Virus record (IMG/VR): IMGVR_UViG_3300034524_000181
Coordinates: 1-64,000 of that record
Strand: one strand, 5' to 3'
Length of the DNA: 64,000 nucleotides
Source of the DNA: a virus
Part shown: positions 10,104 to 19,966 of the stretch, piece after piece
Position numbering within the stretch: position 1 is the stretch's first letter
Layout of the letters: every line of letters begins with the position of its first letter
Notes under the pieces: model-generated
Seen by the model: the letters and a program-made list of their open reading frames with translations, nothing else
The model's database searches: none
What the model was told of the DNA's origin: nothing
Translations under genes and position numbers: made by a program

Positions 10104-11364
10104 CTTTTGATCCCTCCGTTTCAGCATTGTTTTTGCCTGCAAATGCACCTGCATCGGCAAGCCTGGTCATGTTACCGTTAACAAGATACAGATCTCCGCC
10201 CAACTCCGCCGGAATCCGGTTCATGTCCTCAAGCTCACGGATATCGTTAGCAGACATCCAGCCGTTCTGGCGAGCTACAGCATAACCATTCATGCGGCTT
10301 GCATAATCACCGCGCAGAAGGCCATCTACATTGAATTTGACAAAGTATGCCCGCTTCTCTGATGGTAAAAGCAGCGCTTTTTGGAGAGCCTGTTCCCAAC
10401 GCACCACCCACGGGTCAAGCGTGTATTTAACAAATTCCAGAGATTGCTGTTCGATGTTTGAAAAGCTTGACTTTTCAAGATCTCCAACCATATGGGGAGG
10501 TACTCGGAATATCCGAGCAATTTCATTTATCTGAAACTTTCTTGTCTCTAAAAACTGTGCCTGTTCGGGTGGAATGCCGATTGGTTGAAACTTCATTCCC
10601 TCTTCCAGAACTGCAATGCGATGAGCATTGGCACTTCCTTGATAAACAGCGTTCCAGCTTTCCCGCACCTTTGCCGGATCCTTTAATACGCCGGGATGTT
10701 CCAGAACGCCACCCGGATTTGCTCCGTTGGCAAAAAAGGATGCACCACACTCCTCACAGGCAATAGCCATGCCTATGGCGTTCTTGGCCATAGCAATAGG
10801 GGAGTATCCAATCAGCCCGTCAAAACCGAGTCCCGGGATGTGAAGAACCTCCTCACTTCGTAGGTATATAAGGCCTGCTTTTGGATTAACCCTGCTCTCA
10901 TCGCTGTCGCGCCGATAAGTGTAAAACAGTTCTCCGTTTGGAGCCCTGTCTACCGTCATTTTGTTTGGCAAAAGTGGATAAAGCGCCAGCACTCGTCCGG
11001 AACCGTCCCTAATAATTTGAGCGTAAGCATTTCCCCATAAAAGAAGATGACTCATCAGTGTTTCTCGGAACACGAATGAAGTCATCTCAGGGTTTGGTTC
11101 GTCATGGAGTAAATAATAGAGCGGGTGGGTCAACGCTTTTTCTTTGCCACCGTCTTCTTTATAGCGGTACACATGAAGCGGAAGCCCTGCGATGGCTTCT
11201 GCAAGTATCCTTACACAGGCATACACTGCAGTTGTCTGCATAGCAGTCCGCTCATTTACAGTCTTTCCGCTGGATGTGCCGCCGAAGAAAAAGCTATATG
11301 CATTACCGAACAGGCTGTTTTTCGGCTTGTCCCTTGCTTTGAACAAACGGGAAAATACACTCAT
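10042..11364 (-). CDS. Portal protein (HK97 family)
   Basis: LLWGNAY, GYSPI, IARIFRVPP motifs. Confidence 0.93.
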   Translation of the reverse strand: MSVFSRLFKARDKPKNSLFGNAYSFFFGGTSSGKTVNERTAMQTTAVYACVRILAEAIAGLPLHVYRYKEDGGKEKALTHPLYYLLHDEPNPEMTSFVFRETLMSHLLLWGNAYAQIIRDGSGRVLALYPLLPNKMTVDRAPNGELFYTYRRDSDESRVNPKAGLIYLRSEEVLHIPGLGFDGLIGYSPIAMAKNAIGMAIACEECGASFFANGANPGGVLEHPGVLKDPAKVRESWNAVYQGSANAHRIAVLEEGMKFQPIGIPPEQAQFLETRKFQINEIARIFRVPPHMVGDLEKSSFSNIEQQSLEFVKYTLDPWVVRWEQALQKALLLPSEKRAYFVKFNVDGLLRGDYASRMNGYAVARQNGWMSANDIRELEDMNRIPAELGGDLYLVNGNMTRLADAGAFAGKNNAETEGSKVEQITKTKTGSPLLELDTKR

Positions 11365-12965
11365 ATGATCAACAGCCCCCTTTCATCATAAATTGATCCA
11401 TTGCGCTCATCCCCGTCATGCCTTAACGCGCGGTCAAGCGCCATAATTAACGCTACCGCACCATCTATTCTCTCGGTGGACTTTTCTTTATCAGGCTTTA
11501 TGTTTCCGGCGGGATCAGTTTTGACATAGATATTGTCCATCATCCACCGCAGTACTGGATTACCACCATGGGCGATGCGTTCTTCCAATGTCAGCTTCAT
11601 CAACTCTTTTGTAGGCGGCGACATATCCTTGAAACCCTGACCGAATGGAACAACCGTAAACCCCAAAGCCTCAAGGTTTTGCGTCATCTGAATTGCGCCC
11701 CAGCGGTCAAAGGCTATTTCCTTAATGTTATATTTCATTCCGAGTTCCTCAATAAAGGTTTCGATAAAGCCATAATGCACGACGTTACCCTCAGTGGTAT
11801 ATAAAAAGCCTTGCCTTTCCCAGACATCATAAGGCACATGATCTCTCCGCACACGCTGATCAATATTCTCCTCCGGTATCCAGAAAAAAGGTAGAATCTG
11901 ATATTTATCAGATTCATCAAGCGGTGGAAACACCAGCACAAAGGCGGTAATATCGGTAGTAGATGACAGGTCAAGTCCTCCGTAACAGGTTCTGCCGCGC
12001 AATTTTTCTGCATCAACAGGAAACGCACACTTATCCCATTTATCCATTGGCATCCAGCGCACCGATTGTTTCACCCACTGATTTAAGCGGAGCTGACGGA
12101 ATAAATTTTCCTCTGCAGGATTTTGCTTGGCATTTTCACAAGCCACCCTCAGTTTTTCGATGTCAACTGTAATGCCTAGTGACGGATTAACCTTTCTCCA
12201 TACCTTTTCACTTGTCCAGTCGTCGGTATCGGATGCGCTGTAGATAACAGGGTAGAAAGTCGGATCTATCTTACGTCCCTGCAGAATATCCTCTGCCTTT
12301 TGATGCACTTCCCAGCAGATGGAATTGCGGTCGGTGCCAGCAGTCGTAATCAGGAAGAACAACGGCTGCTTCCTTGCATCGCCAGATCCGTGAAGCATTA
12401 CATCATAAAGATCCCGGTTTGGCTGGGCATGAAGTTCGTCAAATACCACACCATGGACGTTTAGCCCATGTTTCGTATATGCCTCCGCTGAAAGCACCTG
12501 ATAAAAACTGCCTAACGGTTTATATACCAGCCGCTTCTGCGACAGCATTGGTTTAATTCGAGACTTTAATGCCGGACACTGTTCCACCATATCTACCGCA
12601 ACGTCGAAAACAATGGATGCCTGCTGACGGTCAGATGCACACCCGTAAACCTCGCCACCATGCTCGAAATCACCGCATGTCAGGTATAAAGCGATTGCCG
12701 CTGCAAGCTCGCTCTTACCCTGCTTTTTTGGGATTTCTATATAGGCAGTGTTAAACTGCCGGTATCCGTTAGGTTTCAAGATTCCGAATATATCCCGGAC
12801 AATTTGTTCCTGCCAGTCAATGAGTTCAAAAGGCATCCCATACCATTCGCCCTTGGTATGCTTCAAGCAGTTTATAAAAGTAACAGCGGCATCCGCCGCT
12901 TCCTTGTCATATCGAGAATCTTCCGCCATAAACTTTGTTGGTTTATACCGTTTTAACTTCCGCAG
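11361..12965 (-). CDS. terL: Terminase large subunit
   Basis: PKKQGKS Walker A, VVFDE, GGLDLS, RIDGAVA; probable CTG start at 12965, 8 nt after GGAGG. Confidence 0.92.
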   Translation of the reverse strand: MRKLKRYKPTKFMAEDSRYDKEAADAAVTFINCLKHTKGEWYGMPFELIDWQEQIVRDIFGILKPNGYRQFNTAYIEIPKKQGKSELAAAIALYLTCGDFEHGGEVYGCASDRQQASIVFDVAVDMVEQCPALKSRIKPMLSQKRLVYKPLGSFYQVLSAEAYTKHGLNVHGVVFDELHAQPNRDLYDVMLHGSGDARKQPLFFLITTAGTDRNSICWEVHQKAEDILQGRKIDPTFYPVIYSASDTDDWTSEKVWRKVNPSLGITVDIEKLRVACENAKQNPAEENLFRQLRLNQWVKQSVRWMPMDKWDKCAFPVDAEKLRGRTCYGGLDLSSTTDITAFVLVFPPLDESDKYQILPFFWIPEENIDQRVRRDHVPYDVWERQGFLYTTEGNVVHYGFIETFIEELGMKYNIKEIAFDRWGAIQMTQNLEALGFTVVPFGQGFKDMSPPTKELMKLTLEERIAHGGNPVLRWMMDNIYVKTDPAGNIKPDKEKSTERIDGAVALIMALDRALRHDGDERNGSIYDERGLLII

Positions 12966-12997
12966 CTTTGCCGCCTCCTTTCCTAAAATTGAGCAAG

Positions 12998-13027
12998 AAA
13001 AAAGGAACCTCAGGGATGAAGTTCCTC
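12998..13027 (-). terminator. Intrinsic terminator ending the amidoligase module, just upstream of terL
   Basis: AGGAAC/GTTCCT stem plus T-run; equivalent hairpin at 60704-60730. Confidence 0.6.
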
Positions 13028-13067
13028 TCGTTAGTGGATTTCTATGAAGCCTGTTACGTTATTACTG

Positions 13068-13262
13068 TTATCGTTTGCCTGTCAGGATAAACTCGGCATA
13101 TTCTTTTTTGTGTTCATTTAGAAAGACCACCAATTCATAAAAACCCTTTTTGTATGCCTCCTCCTGCACTCTTGGCAAGTCAAACATATTGCAGACACCG
13201 CTGTCCCGTATGACAATTATCTGCCGGTAAATCTTATCAGTTATCAGATTTTCGTTACCCAT
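13068..13262 (-). CDS. DUF5049-like small protein
   Basis: IRDSGVCNMFD...FILTG motif. Confidence 0.75.
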   Translation of the reverse strand: MGNENLITDKIYRQIIVIRDSGVCNMFDLPRVQEEAYKKGFYELVVFLNEHKKEYAEFILTGKR

Positions 13263-13265
13263 GTC

Positions 13266-13733
13266 CTACACCTCAGACTTCTCTGCCGCTGAAACTGAAT
13301 CGCGTACCGCTTTATTGAGAACTGAAATATCAAAACCCGCGTCTATATATCCGTGCCGAATCACCTCGTAATAGTAACGACCCGGTGCTCCCAAAGGTCT
13401 ACCTTCATTCATGATATACACCATTGCGGGTACCCACTGCCCTTTGAAACGTACCTTAACCGTTTCTTTCCGGTATAGATGCGGATAACCTTCATATCTG
13501 TCCAGCGCCTCCTCATCATTAGGCATGATTCTCCAAAGCAGTACCGGTACACTTTCACCTTTTTGTTTTTCTATTGTCGCTACTGCGCCGCCATTCCCTC
13601 CTCTGAATAACAGCCGGTATCCTGTGAGTTTTGCACTCCCCAGCACTTTTGCCGTTGGGCAGCGGTATGCCATCTGCCTTAAGTTCAGATTGCTTCCGTA
13701 TGCTAAATATATGGTTCCTTTTTCTTTGCTCAT
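13266..13733 (-). CDS. Gamma-glutamylcyclotransferase (AIG2-like)
   Basis: YLAYGSNL and LDRYEG motifs. Confidence 0.88.
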   Translation of the reverse strand: MSKEKGTIYLAYGSNLNLRQMAYRCPTAKVLGSAKLTGYRLLFRGGNGGAVATIEKQKGESVPVLLWRIMPNDEEALDRYEGYPHLYRKETVKVRFKGQWVPAMVYIMNEGRPLGAPGRYYYEVIRHGYIDAGFDISVLNKAVRDSVSAAEKSEV

Positions 13734-13793
13734 CGTATCATCCTCCTTGTATTTACCAAGGCAGAGGCGGAGTCCACCCCTGCGCTTGTCTAT

Positions 13794-14693
13794 CTATGCT
13801 GCCCGAAACCGCCATGCTGCGTTACCATCAAGGTGTTTGCAAAGATGCTCCCGGCAGTTTTTGAACTCATCACCAATAAGTCCTATGCGGTTGAGATATG
13901 TCCGCATGGCAAACTTCTCATTTTCAACCTGTGGTTTCTTGCTGGAAGCGCATTTTTGCGTTAACGCCTGATGGTTTAACGCAAGGGCAAGCACTATGTA
14001 GCTTCTAATTTTTCCCGCATGAAGTTCGCTGTTAAAGCCTCGAAGCTCAATTGTCCCATTGCCGTTAAAAAAGCTGTGCAGGTTCAAAAAGTGGTATCTG
14101 CTATTATGGTAATGGGTGCTTCGGCTTTCGCTGTAACCTTCGTACCAGATGCTCTCAATCGCCGCCATGGTTTTGGGCTTACGCCGATTCATCTTCTCAA
14201 CCAGTGCCGCATCCATCTTTTTACAAAACCGCATCCTGTCCGGCTCAATCTGCAATGCTTTATAGAAAAGGTCATTCTTGCTGGCGATAATGTTGATAAA
14301 ATTACGGATGCTTCGCGGTGTGTGGTCTGCACCGTCTATATGGATATGAATTCCACAGCTTGTGTTTGCAAAACCTCCAGCCTTGCGAAGCCTCCTTATC
14401 AATTCCTGCAGGGTTTCAATGTCTTCGCGGTATGTCAGTATCGGGCTTACCAACTCGACGCTATATTCCCGGCCAGCCGCCACAATCCTGCCGTTTTCCT
14501 TTTTCTGAGTCCGGATGCTCCCGTCGCTCATGAATTTCCATATCCGTCCATCCGGTGCTATAACCTTTTGGGTATCGTAATAATCTCCGATGGATTCAAT
14601 CCTTCCTCCAAGAAAAGCTGCTGCAGTTTTTGCCGCCTGTTTTCTTGTAATCCCCGTCAATTCTACCTCGATTCCAAATCTCGTTGTAAGCAT
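13794..14693 (-). CDS. Amidoligase_2 family (COOH-NH2 ligase) protein
   Basis: FGIEVE, DGSI, ELVSP, CGIHIH, TIELR motifs. Confidence 0.88.
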   Translation of the reverse strand: MLTTRFGIEVELTGITRKQAAKTAAAFLGGRIESIGDYYDTQKVIAPDGRIWKFMSDGSIRTQKKENGRIVAAGREYSVELVSPILTYREDIETLQELIRRLRKAGGFANTSCGIHIHIDGADHTPRSIRNFINIIASKNDLFYKALQIEPDRMRFCKKMDAALVEKMNRRKPKTMAAIESIWYEGYSESRSTHYHNSRYHFLNLHSFFNGNGTIELRGFNSELHAGKIRSYIVLALALNHQALTQKCASSKKPQVENEKFAMRTYLNRIGLIGDEFKNCREHLCKHLDGNAAWRFRAA

Positions 14694-14738
14694 TGCGCTT
14701 TCTCCTCGCTTTCTCTGTGTTTTTTGCCCTTTGGCAGT

Positions 14739-14772
14739 GTACATTAGGCCATTGAAAACACAGGATAGCAAG
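14739..14772 (-). promoter_or_regulatory. Recurrent phage promoter/operator motif (CTTG[A/C]T...ATGT)
   Basis: Related copies at 16045-16078, 42304-42337, 62369-62403 and 63506-63540, each just upstream of a gene. Confidence 0.55.
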
Positions 14773-14834
14773 GCAATTCTGCATGAGTTTCCGCTGGATT
14801 TTGGAAGATTTTTCGCATCTTAATTTGTGTACAT

Positions 14835-15284
14835 TTACAGCTTTCTGATCATATCTACACCATAAGCTGCACCCAGAGAAGAACCGCTGTCCCAGTTGAT
14901 GTGAATGGTTCCGATATCATCTACAAAAGAGACTGTACCTTGGTCTCCTGGTTTCAGCTTAGAGTACGGATCATCCATGCAGATAAGCTCAACGCGTTCT
15001 CTACCATCCGGCATTACCAACACTCCATCAGACTGTCCCCGCTGCTTAACCAGCAAGCAAAGCCACACTCCATCCTCATTAACGTGACAAAACCCTTTGT
15101 TTTCCTCAATAAATGTGCGGTCAACGCATAGGTCGGCAACGAAGTTGTCATAGTCAATCTTTGAAAGCTCGATGGTTTTTACAACTGCAAATCGTTTCCT
15201 CGTCTCATACCGATGCGGCACTTTTAGATCCTCAATCCTAAACGGATGCTTGACAAAGAAGGCGGTGCTATGAAAATCATTCAT
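14835..15284 (-). CDS. Apparent fusion of a DUF6329-like and a DUF4314-like protein
   Basis: C-terminal half aligns to stand-alone 62462-62689 (MDDPY..G..GTV..VDD.GTIH..WDSGSSLG). Confidence 0.6.
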   Translation of the reverse strand: MNDFHSTAFFVKHPFRIEDLKVPHRYETRKRFAVVKTIELSKIDYDNFVADLCVDRTFIEENKGFCHVNEDGVWLCLLVKQRGQSDGVLVMPDGRERVELICMDDPYSKLKPGDQGTVSFVDDIGTIHINWDSGSSLGAAYGVDMIRKL

Positions 15285-15978
15285 TTTCGTCCACCGCCTT
15301 TGCTCTGCCTTTCCGGTACGCCCCGTTGCCGGACAGCCTTGAAAGCAGCACCTTGCGTTCAGTTTTGAAGTTATCACCTATAAATCCCAACCTAAGCAGG
15401 AAACAGCGAAAAGCATATTTTTCATTATCTGCTGGTTTTTCGTTGCGCAGCACTCGCTTCTGTGCTTTTGCCTGTTCTGCCATTTGCTTTGCCAGCGTTA
15501 TATATGTCTGCACCTCATCGGCATTTAGGGTCGCGTTCCAGAAAGGGAAGGAAATCTCATCATTTTCAGTTAATACTTCAAGTTCCCGTTCAATCGACAT
15601 CGCTTTCTTTATCAATGTCTCTTTGCTGGCCAGCATATTATTAAGGTTTTCAAGGCTTGTCTCGCTAAAGCCCTCCAAAAAAAGAGTAATTGTCATGGTT
15701 CCCTCTGCTGATAAGCCCGCCATATTCAGCGCGTCAATAACAGAACGGATGCTTTTGATTTCATTAAGACTGATTTTCGGTGAGTGAACCACACTGTCCC
15801 TGTCAACCGTCCAGCTGCCAGCGGATTTCTCGTCGTTAACCTCATACATAAACCCCGGTGCTCCGGCATAGCGCACCTGGCCTTCAAGGGCTTCAGCTAT
15901 GACTGAGGCAATGGCTTTTCTCTCCTGACCGACAACCTTCTGTGAAAAGCGAAAGCTGTTATTGTTCATGCCATACAC
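15277..15978 (-). CDS. Phage 'virulence-related' conserved hypothetical protein
   Basis: NEKYAFRCFLLRLGFIG motif; paralog at 62689-63477. Confidence 0.7.
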   Translation of the reverse strand: MYGMNNNSFRFSQKVVGQERKAIASVIAEALEGQVRYAGAPGFMYEVNDEKSAGSWTVDRDSVVHSPKISLNEIKSIRSVIDALNMAGLSAEGTMTITLFLEGFSETSLENLNNMLASKETLIKKAMSIERELEVLTENDEISFPFWNATLNADEVQTYITLAKQMAEQAKAQKRVLRNEKPADNEKYAFRCFLLRLGFIGDNFKTERKVLLSRLSGNGAYRKGRAKAVDENE

Positions 15979-16085
15979 CTCCCCTCAAATAAGCTAAAAC
16001 ATTTCTGATTCCCATAAAAAATCCCACCTTTCCTTTTTGGTGGGGTACATTAACGCTCTGTTTTGAGGGGAAAGCAAGGACATTT

Positions 16086-17339
16086 TTAAGCAATCTGTGT
16101 TTCCGCGTAAGGTATTTTTTCGCTACCTGACACCAAGAATACTGAATCTGCTCCAAATTGTGAAACATAGCGCTTTACAATCACATCGCAGTATTTCGGG
16201 TCAAGCTCCATCATAAAACAAACCCGCCCGGTCTGCTGCGCCGCAATCATTGTCGTACCAGAACCACCGAACAGGTCAAGGGCTAAATCTCCAGTATGGG
16301 AACTGTTGAGCATTGCCTTTGCTACAAGCGAAACCGGCTTCATGGTGGGGTGCTCCTCCGATACTTTAGGACGGGGGATCTCCCAAACATCTGACTGTTT
16401 ACGGTCTTTAAGCGGGCAAAGACGTGTCCCTTCAAGCCAGCCATACCAGATCGGCTCGTACTGGGTATGATAGTCCTTTCTGGATAGTACCAGGCTGTCC
16501 TTTTTCCATATAATTGTGCTCGACCAGTGATACCCTACCTCACGCATGACGTTCATCAAACTGCCCCATTCCTGAGCACTCATTACCACATAGGTCATGC
16601 ATCCGGCTTCAGAAACCTCTTTCATGCAATTAAAAGCGCGCAATAAAAAAGCGCCGAATTCTTCGGTGCTCATCTTGTCATTTAGAATTTGCCTTGGCTT
16701 CCAGCTCGGATGCTTGGTATCTGAACCATAATCCACGTTCCAAGGCGGGTCAGTGAAAACAAACCTCGCCTTTTGGCCATCCATCAGCTTTTGCACATCT
16801 GAAAGCAGGGTGCTATCACCGCACATCAGCCGGTGGCCGCCAAGCGTCCATATATCGCCCCTTTTGGTAACTGGAGTTTTAATCTCTGCTGCTGCCTTTT
16901 CTGCATCGAAATTATCCTCTTTGACATTTGTGGTTGTTTTATCGCGGAACAACTCATCGATTTCCGCGGCATCAAACCCGGTAAGGGAAATGTCAAAGCC
17001 ATCTTCATTCAAGTCCATAAGCAAATCAGTCAAAAGCGGAATATCAAACTCGCCGCTGATTTTATTCAGAGCGACATTGAGCGCCTTTTCCCGTTGTTCA
17101 TCCAAATCAACTACAACACAGTCGATCTCCTTATACCCCAAAGCTGTTAGTACTTTATACCGCTGATGTCCGCCGACAATATTCCCGGTTCGTTTGTTCC
17201 ATATGACCGGCTCTACATATCCAAACTCTTCAATAGACCGACGTAATTTTTCATATTCAGGGTCGCCCGGCTTTAAATCCTTCCGCGGATTATATTTCGA
17301 AGGTTTTAATTTTTCTGCTGGTATTTTCAGTATATCCAT
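16086..17339 (-). CDS. ParB-N fused DNA amino-methyltransferase (beta class)
   Basis: YNPR/GGHQR ParB motifs, DPPW, HPTMKP, DLFGGSG. Confidence 0.88.
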   Translation of the reverse strand: MDILKIPAEKLKPSKYNPRKDLKPGDPEYEKLRRSIEEFGYVEPVIWNKRTGNIVGGHQRYKVLTALGYKEIDCVVVDLDEQREKALNVALNKISGEFDIPLLTDLLMDLNEDGFDISLTGFDAAEIDELFRDKTTTNVKEDNFDAEKAAAEIKTPVTKRGDIWTLGGHRLMCGDSTLLSDVQKLMDGQKARFVFTDPPWNVDYGSDTKHPSWKPRQILNDKMSTEEFGAFLLRAFNCMKEVSEAGCMTYVVMSAQEWGSLMNVMREVGYHWSSTIIWKKDSLVLSRKDYHTQYEPIWYGWLEGTRLCPLKDRKQSDVWEIPRPKVSEEHPTMKPVSLVAKAMLNSSHTGDLALDLFGGSGTTMIAAQQTGRVCFMMELDPKYCDVIVKRYVSQFGADSVFLVSGSEKIPYAETQIA

Positions 17340-17344
17340 AAATC

Positions 17345-18643
17345 TTAACCCTCCAGTTTGATGGCTTTTTCACCGGTGAATTCCTCCCAGCGCTTAACAG
17401 CTAAATCACAGTAAATAGGTGATAACTCCATCGCATAGCATTTACGCTCGGTCTGTTCAGCCGCAATTATAGTGGTTCCGCTACCGGAGAACGGTTCAAG
17501 CACAATACCGCCCTTATCGCTGTGCATTTTGATGCACCGCCATGGAAGCTCCACAGGGAACATTGCCGGATGCTCCTTGTTTGCCCTGACAGTCGTCATT
17601 TCCCATATGCCAGCATAGCCCCATTTCTTGCGTTCTTCCTTTGTAAGCCGTTTCACAAATTTATAACTGTGTCCCGCAAAGGCCGAAAGCCATACATATT
17701 CCTGATCGTTATATTCCTCAGTCTCGCCTTTATTACTGAAGGCTGAAATATACTCATACTGCTGTACCGGCTTATTTGAAACAAGGTGATAGGGGCCTAC
17801 GCCGAAGTTTTGCCCCTGCTTCTTCCAAATACGGATCCAGATAGGTCGATAGCCATTGTCCAAAAACATATTCACGCTGTACACGCTGGTTGGTTCAATA
17901 AACTGGGAGCCGGTTGCATATAAATCACCTAAATTCCAGCAGACAATATCTGCATACCTGCACAAATTTCTAATCACTGGGCGTACTGTTTCAAACCATG
18001 GCTCAATCCCAGCTTTTTCATATTCTTTACCTACCCCATATGGAGGGGAAGTCACTGCCATCTGTGCGTGACACCCTTCCATCAACTTCTCAAAATCCTC
18101 ATCCTTAGTAGAGTCGCCGCACATCAAACGATGATTCCCAAGAAGCCAGATATCGCCCCGCTTCGTTACCGGCTCGCGCTGCATGATTTCCTCATGCGCT
18201 TTATCTATGTCAAAGCTGTCTTGTACCGCCTCTTTGGAATACCATCGGTTAAGCAGTTCGTCTATTTCAGAAGCGTCAAACCCTGTAAGCGAAACATCAA
18301 ATGCACCTGCGTCCAACTCAGCCATTAGCTCGGCCAGTTTATTCTCGTCCCACTCTCCCTGAATCTTATTGAGGGCAAGATTAAGCGCTTTTTCTCTCTG
18401 CGGGTCAAGATCTACAACGACGCAGTCTATCTCAGTCTGTCCCAAGTCCAGCAAAACCTTTAAGCGTTGATGCCCGCCTACCACATTACCTGTCTTTTGG
18501 TTCCAGATAACAGGCTCCACATAGCCAAATTCCTCTATTGACCGTTTCAGCTTTTCATATTCCTTATCGCCGGGTTTTAAATCCTTGCGCGGGTTGTATT
18601 CTGCAGGATTAAGTTTGTCAACAGATATTTTTTGTATGTTCAT
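17345..18643 (-). CDS. ParB-N fused DNA methyltransferase (SPPY, N4-cytosine type)
   Basis: YNPR/GGHQR, TSPPY, HPAMFP, EPFSGSG. Confidence 0.88.
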   Translation of the reverse strand: MNIQKISVDKLNPAEYNPRKDLKPGDKEYEKLKRSIEEFGYVEPVIWNQKTGNVVGGHQRLKVLLDLGQTEIDCVVVDLDPQREKALNLALNKIQGEWDENKLAELMAELDAGAFDVSLTGFDASEIDELLNRWYSKEAVQDSFDIDKAHEEIMQREPVTKRGDIWLLGNHRLMCGDSTKDEDFEKLMEGCHAQMAVTSPPYGVGKEYEKAGIEPWFETVRPVIRNLCRYADIVCWNLGDLYATGSQFIEPTSVYSVNMFLDNGYRPIWIRIWKKQGQNFGVGPYHLVSNKPVQQYEYISAFSNKGETEEYNDQEYVWLSAFAGHSYKFVKRLTKEERKKWGYAGIWEMTTVRANKEHPAMFPVELPWRCIKMHSDKGGIVLEPFSGSGTTIIAAEQTERKCYAMELSPIYCDLAVKRWEEFTGEKAIKLEG

Positions 18644-18800
18644 GTTGCATTCTCCTGTTCAATATTTTCTCAAGACCCTTTTTAGCACCCTCACAATCTC
18701 CGTTTAATACTTGTCCCCGCAGGGTCTTAAACTGCTGCTTCGTTAAATGGTCTTTATATTTTCTAAGTTCTCTAAGAAAGATTGAATTTGTTTTATGCAT
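18618..18800 (-). CDS. Hypothetical phage protein
   Basis: 60 aa, overlaps both neighbours. Confidence 0.6.
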   Translation of the reverse strand: MHKTNSIFLRELRKYKDHLTKQQFKTLRGQVLNGDCEGAKKGLEKILNRRMQHEHTKNIC

Positions 18801-19351
18801 CAGCCACCCCTCCTGGCTGTCAGGAGTTTTTCCATCACATCATCGTGGGGAGTTGCCCCTTTGTATTCGGTAGCACAGTTTTCCCGCACAACTTGGTAAA
18901 TCTGATACCACAGGTTATTGGCCTGTTTCATGAAGCTTTGACTCATGGCCACATAAGGCGACGGGATGGCATTGCCAGTCGTCGGATGCTTGGCAAGAAA
19001 GCCAAATTCGGTGATACATTCCTCGCACTGGATCCACCGCGCCACGCTCTGGGCATATTGCTCTATAAGCTGCGCAGGAATAAGATGAACACATCTGCGT
19101 TCCTTAAGCCACTGCCATGTTTTTTCGTATATTTCCACCGCCAATGTTGTTTTGCCGTTCTTCTGCTTTGCGGCAAGATAATCCCTTGGTGGCGGCATGC
19201 TCTGGCCTTCCAGTTCCGCAGCATCCGTAAACTCCATTACCATGAGCTTTCGTCTGCCAGGGTTTCCTTCCAAAATCTTATCCGCCAGCGGCTTTTTCTT
19301 CTGTCCTGCGCCAATGCGCGCCCCGCCGCGGTTGGTACCGTCTTTTGCCAT
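18800..19351 (-). CDS. terS: Terminase small subunit (P27 family)
   Basis: MAKDGTNRGG.R.GAG and GNPG motifs; follows HNH. Confidence 0.85.
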   Translation of the reverse strand: MAKDGTNRGGARIGAGQKKKPLADKILEGNPGRRKLMVMEFTDAAELEGQSMPPPRDYLAAKQKNGKTTLAVEIYEKTWQWLKERRCVHLIPAQLIEQYAQSVARWIQCEECITEFGFLAKHPTTGNAIPSPYVAMSQSFMKQANNLWYQIYQVVRENCATEYKGATPHDDVMEKLLTARRGG

Positions 19352-19394
19352 ACACATCACCTCGATTCCTGTAAAAATAAATGGGGGATATACC

Positions 19395-19475
19395 CCGTTT
19401 GAAACTGCGATTTTTCGCGCGTGACCCCCCGCCCGTTGCACGAAACATATCCACTAGAGATTTTGACCCCCCTAC
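19395..19475 (-). other. Candidate cos/packaging region
   Basis: GC-rich G-run segment (GGGGGGTCA twice) between HNH and terS, the usual cos position in HNH-assisted phages. Confidence 0.5.
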
Positions 19476-19831
19476 CGTCTTGCCCACCGCTCTCCTTCGC
19501 GGGCAGTGATCGAAGAGTGACATCTTTTACACAGGCTCATAAGGTTGCTGTCTGCATTGGTTCCGCCTTTAGACAAAGGGATGATATGGTGCACCTCTTC
19601 GGCCGGAGTGAGACTTCCGTACTTTTGACACTCCTCACAAAGCGGATGCTCTGAGATATATCTGTCTCTGATGCGTCTCCATCTCCGGTCATAGCGTTTT
19701 CTTGTTTGGGGATCTCGTTCATATTTGTTGTAATAAGCATCAACTTGCTTTTGATGCTTATCGCAGTACCTTCCGTCCGTCAGCTCAGGACAGCCGGGAA
19801 AGGAGCAAGGCCTTTTTGGCTTTCTTGGCAT
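19472..19831 (-). CDS. HNH endonuclease (packaging-associated)
   Basis: CEEC, VHHIIP, N-LMSLCKRCH. Confidence 0.9.
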   Translation of the reverse strand: MPRKPKRPCSFPGCPELTDGRYCDKHQKQVDAYYNKYERDPQTRKRYDRRWRRIRDRYISEHPLCEECQKYGSLTPAEEVHHIIPLSKGGTNADSNLMSLCKRCHSSITAREGERWARR

Positions 19832-19913
19832 CTTGGCCACCTCCTTTACGGGTATAAAAAAAGCCCTCACGGCTTCATCCCATGAAGGCTTATCCATAAC
19901 TTTTCACAATACC

Positions 19914-19960
19914 ATTATATTCGGATTTTTATTGAATTTCATCTCATAAAAATCTCATCT
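19914..19960 (-). promoter_or_regulatory. Activator-dependent late promoter, copy 1
   Basis: ATGAGAT direct repeats upstream of TATAAT; 19-bp core identical to 20300-20318. Confidence 0.6.
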
Positions 19961-19966
19961 GGAATA

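Noticed and set aside
19441-19455. GTGGATATGTTTC in the cos region, identical to 13 bp of an rlmD arm
   Set aside because: Breaks at the Pro codon and sits in an uninterrupted packaging region; probably chance
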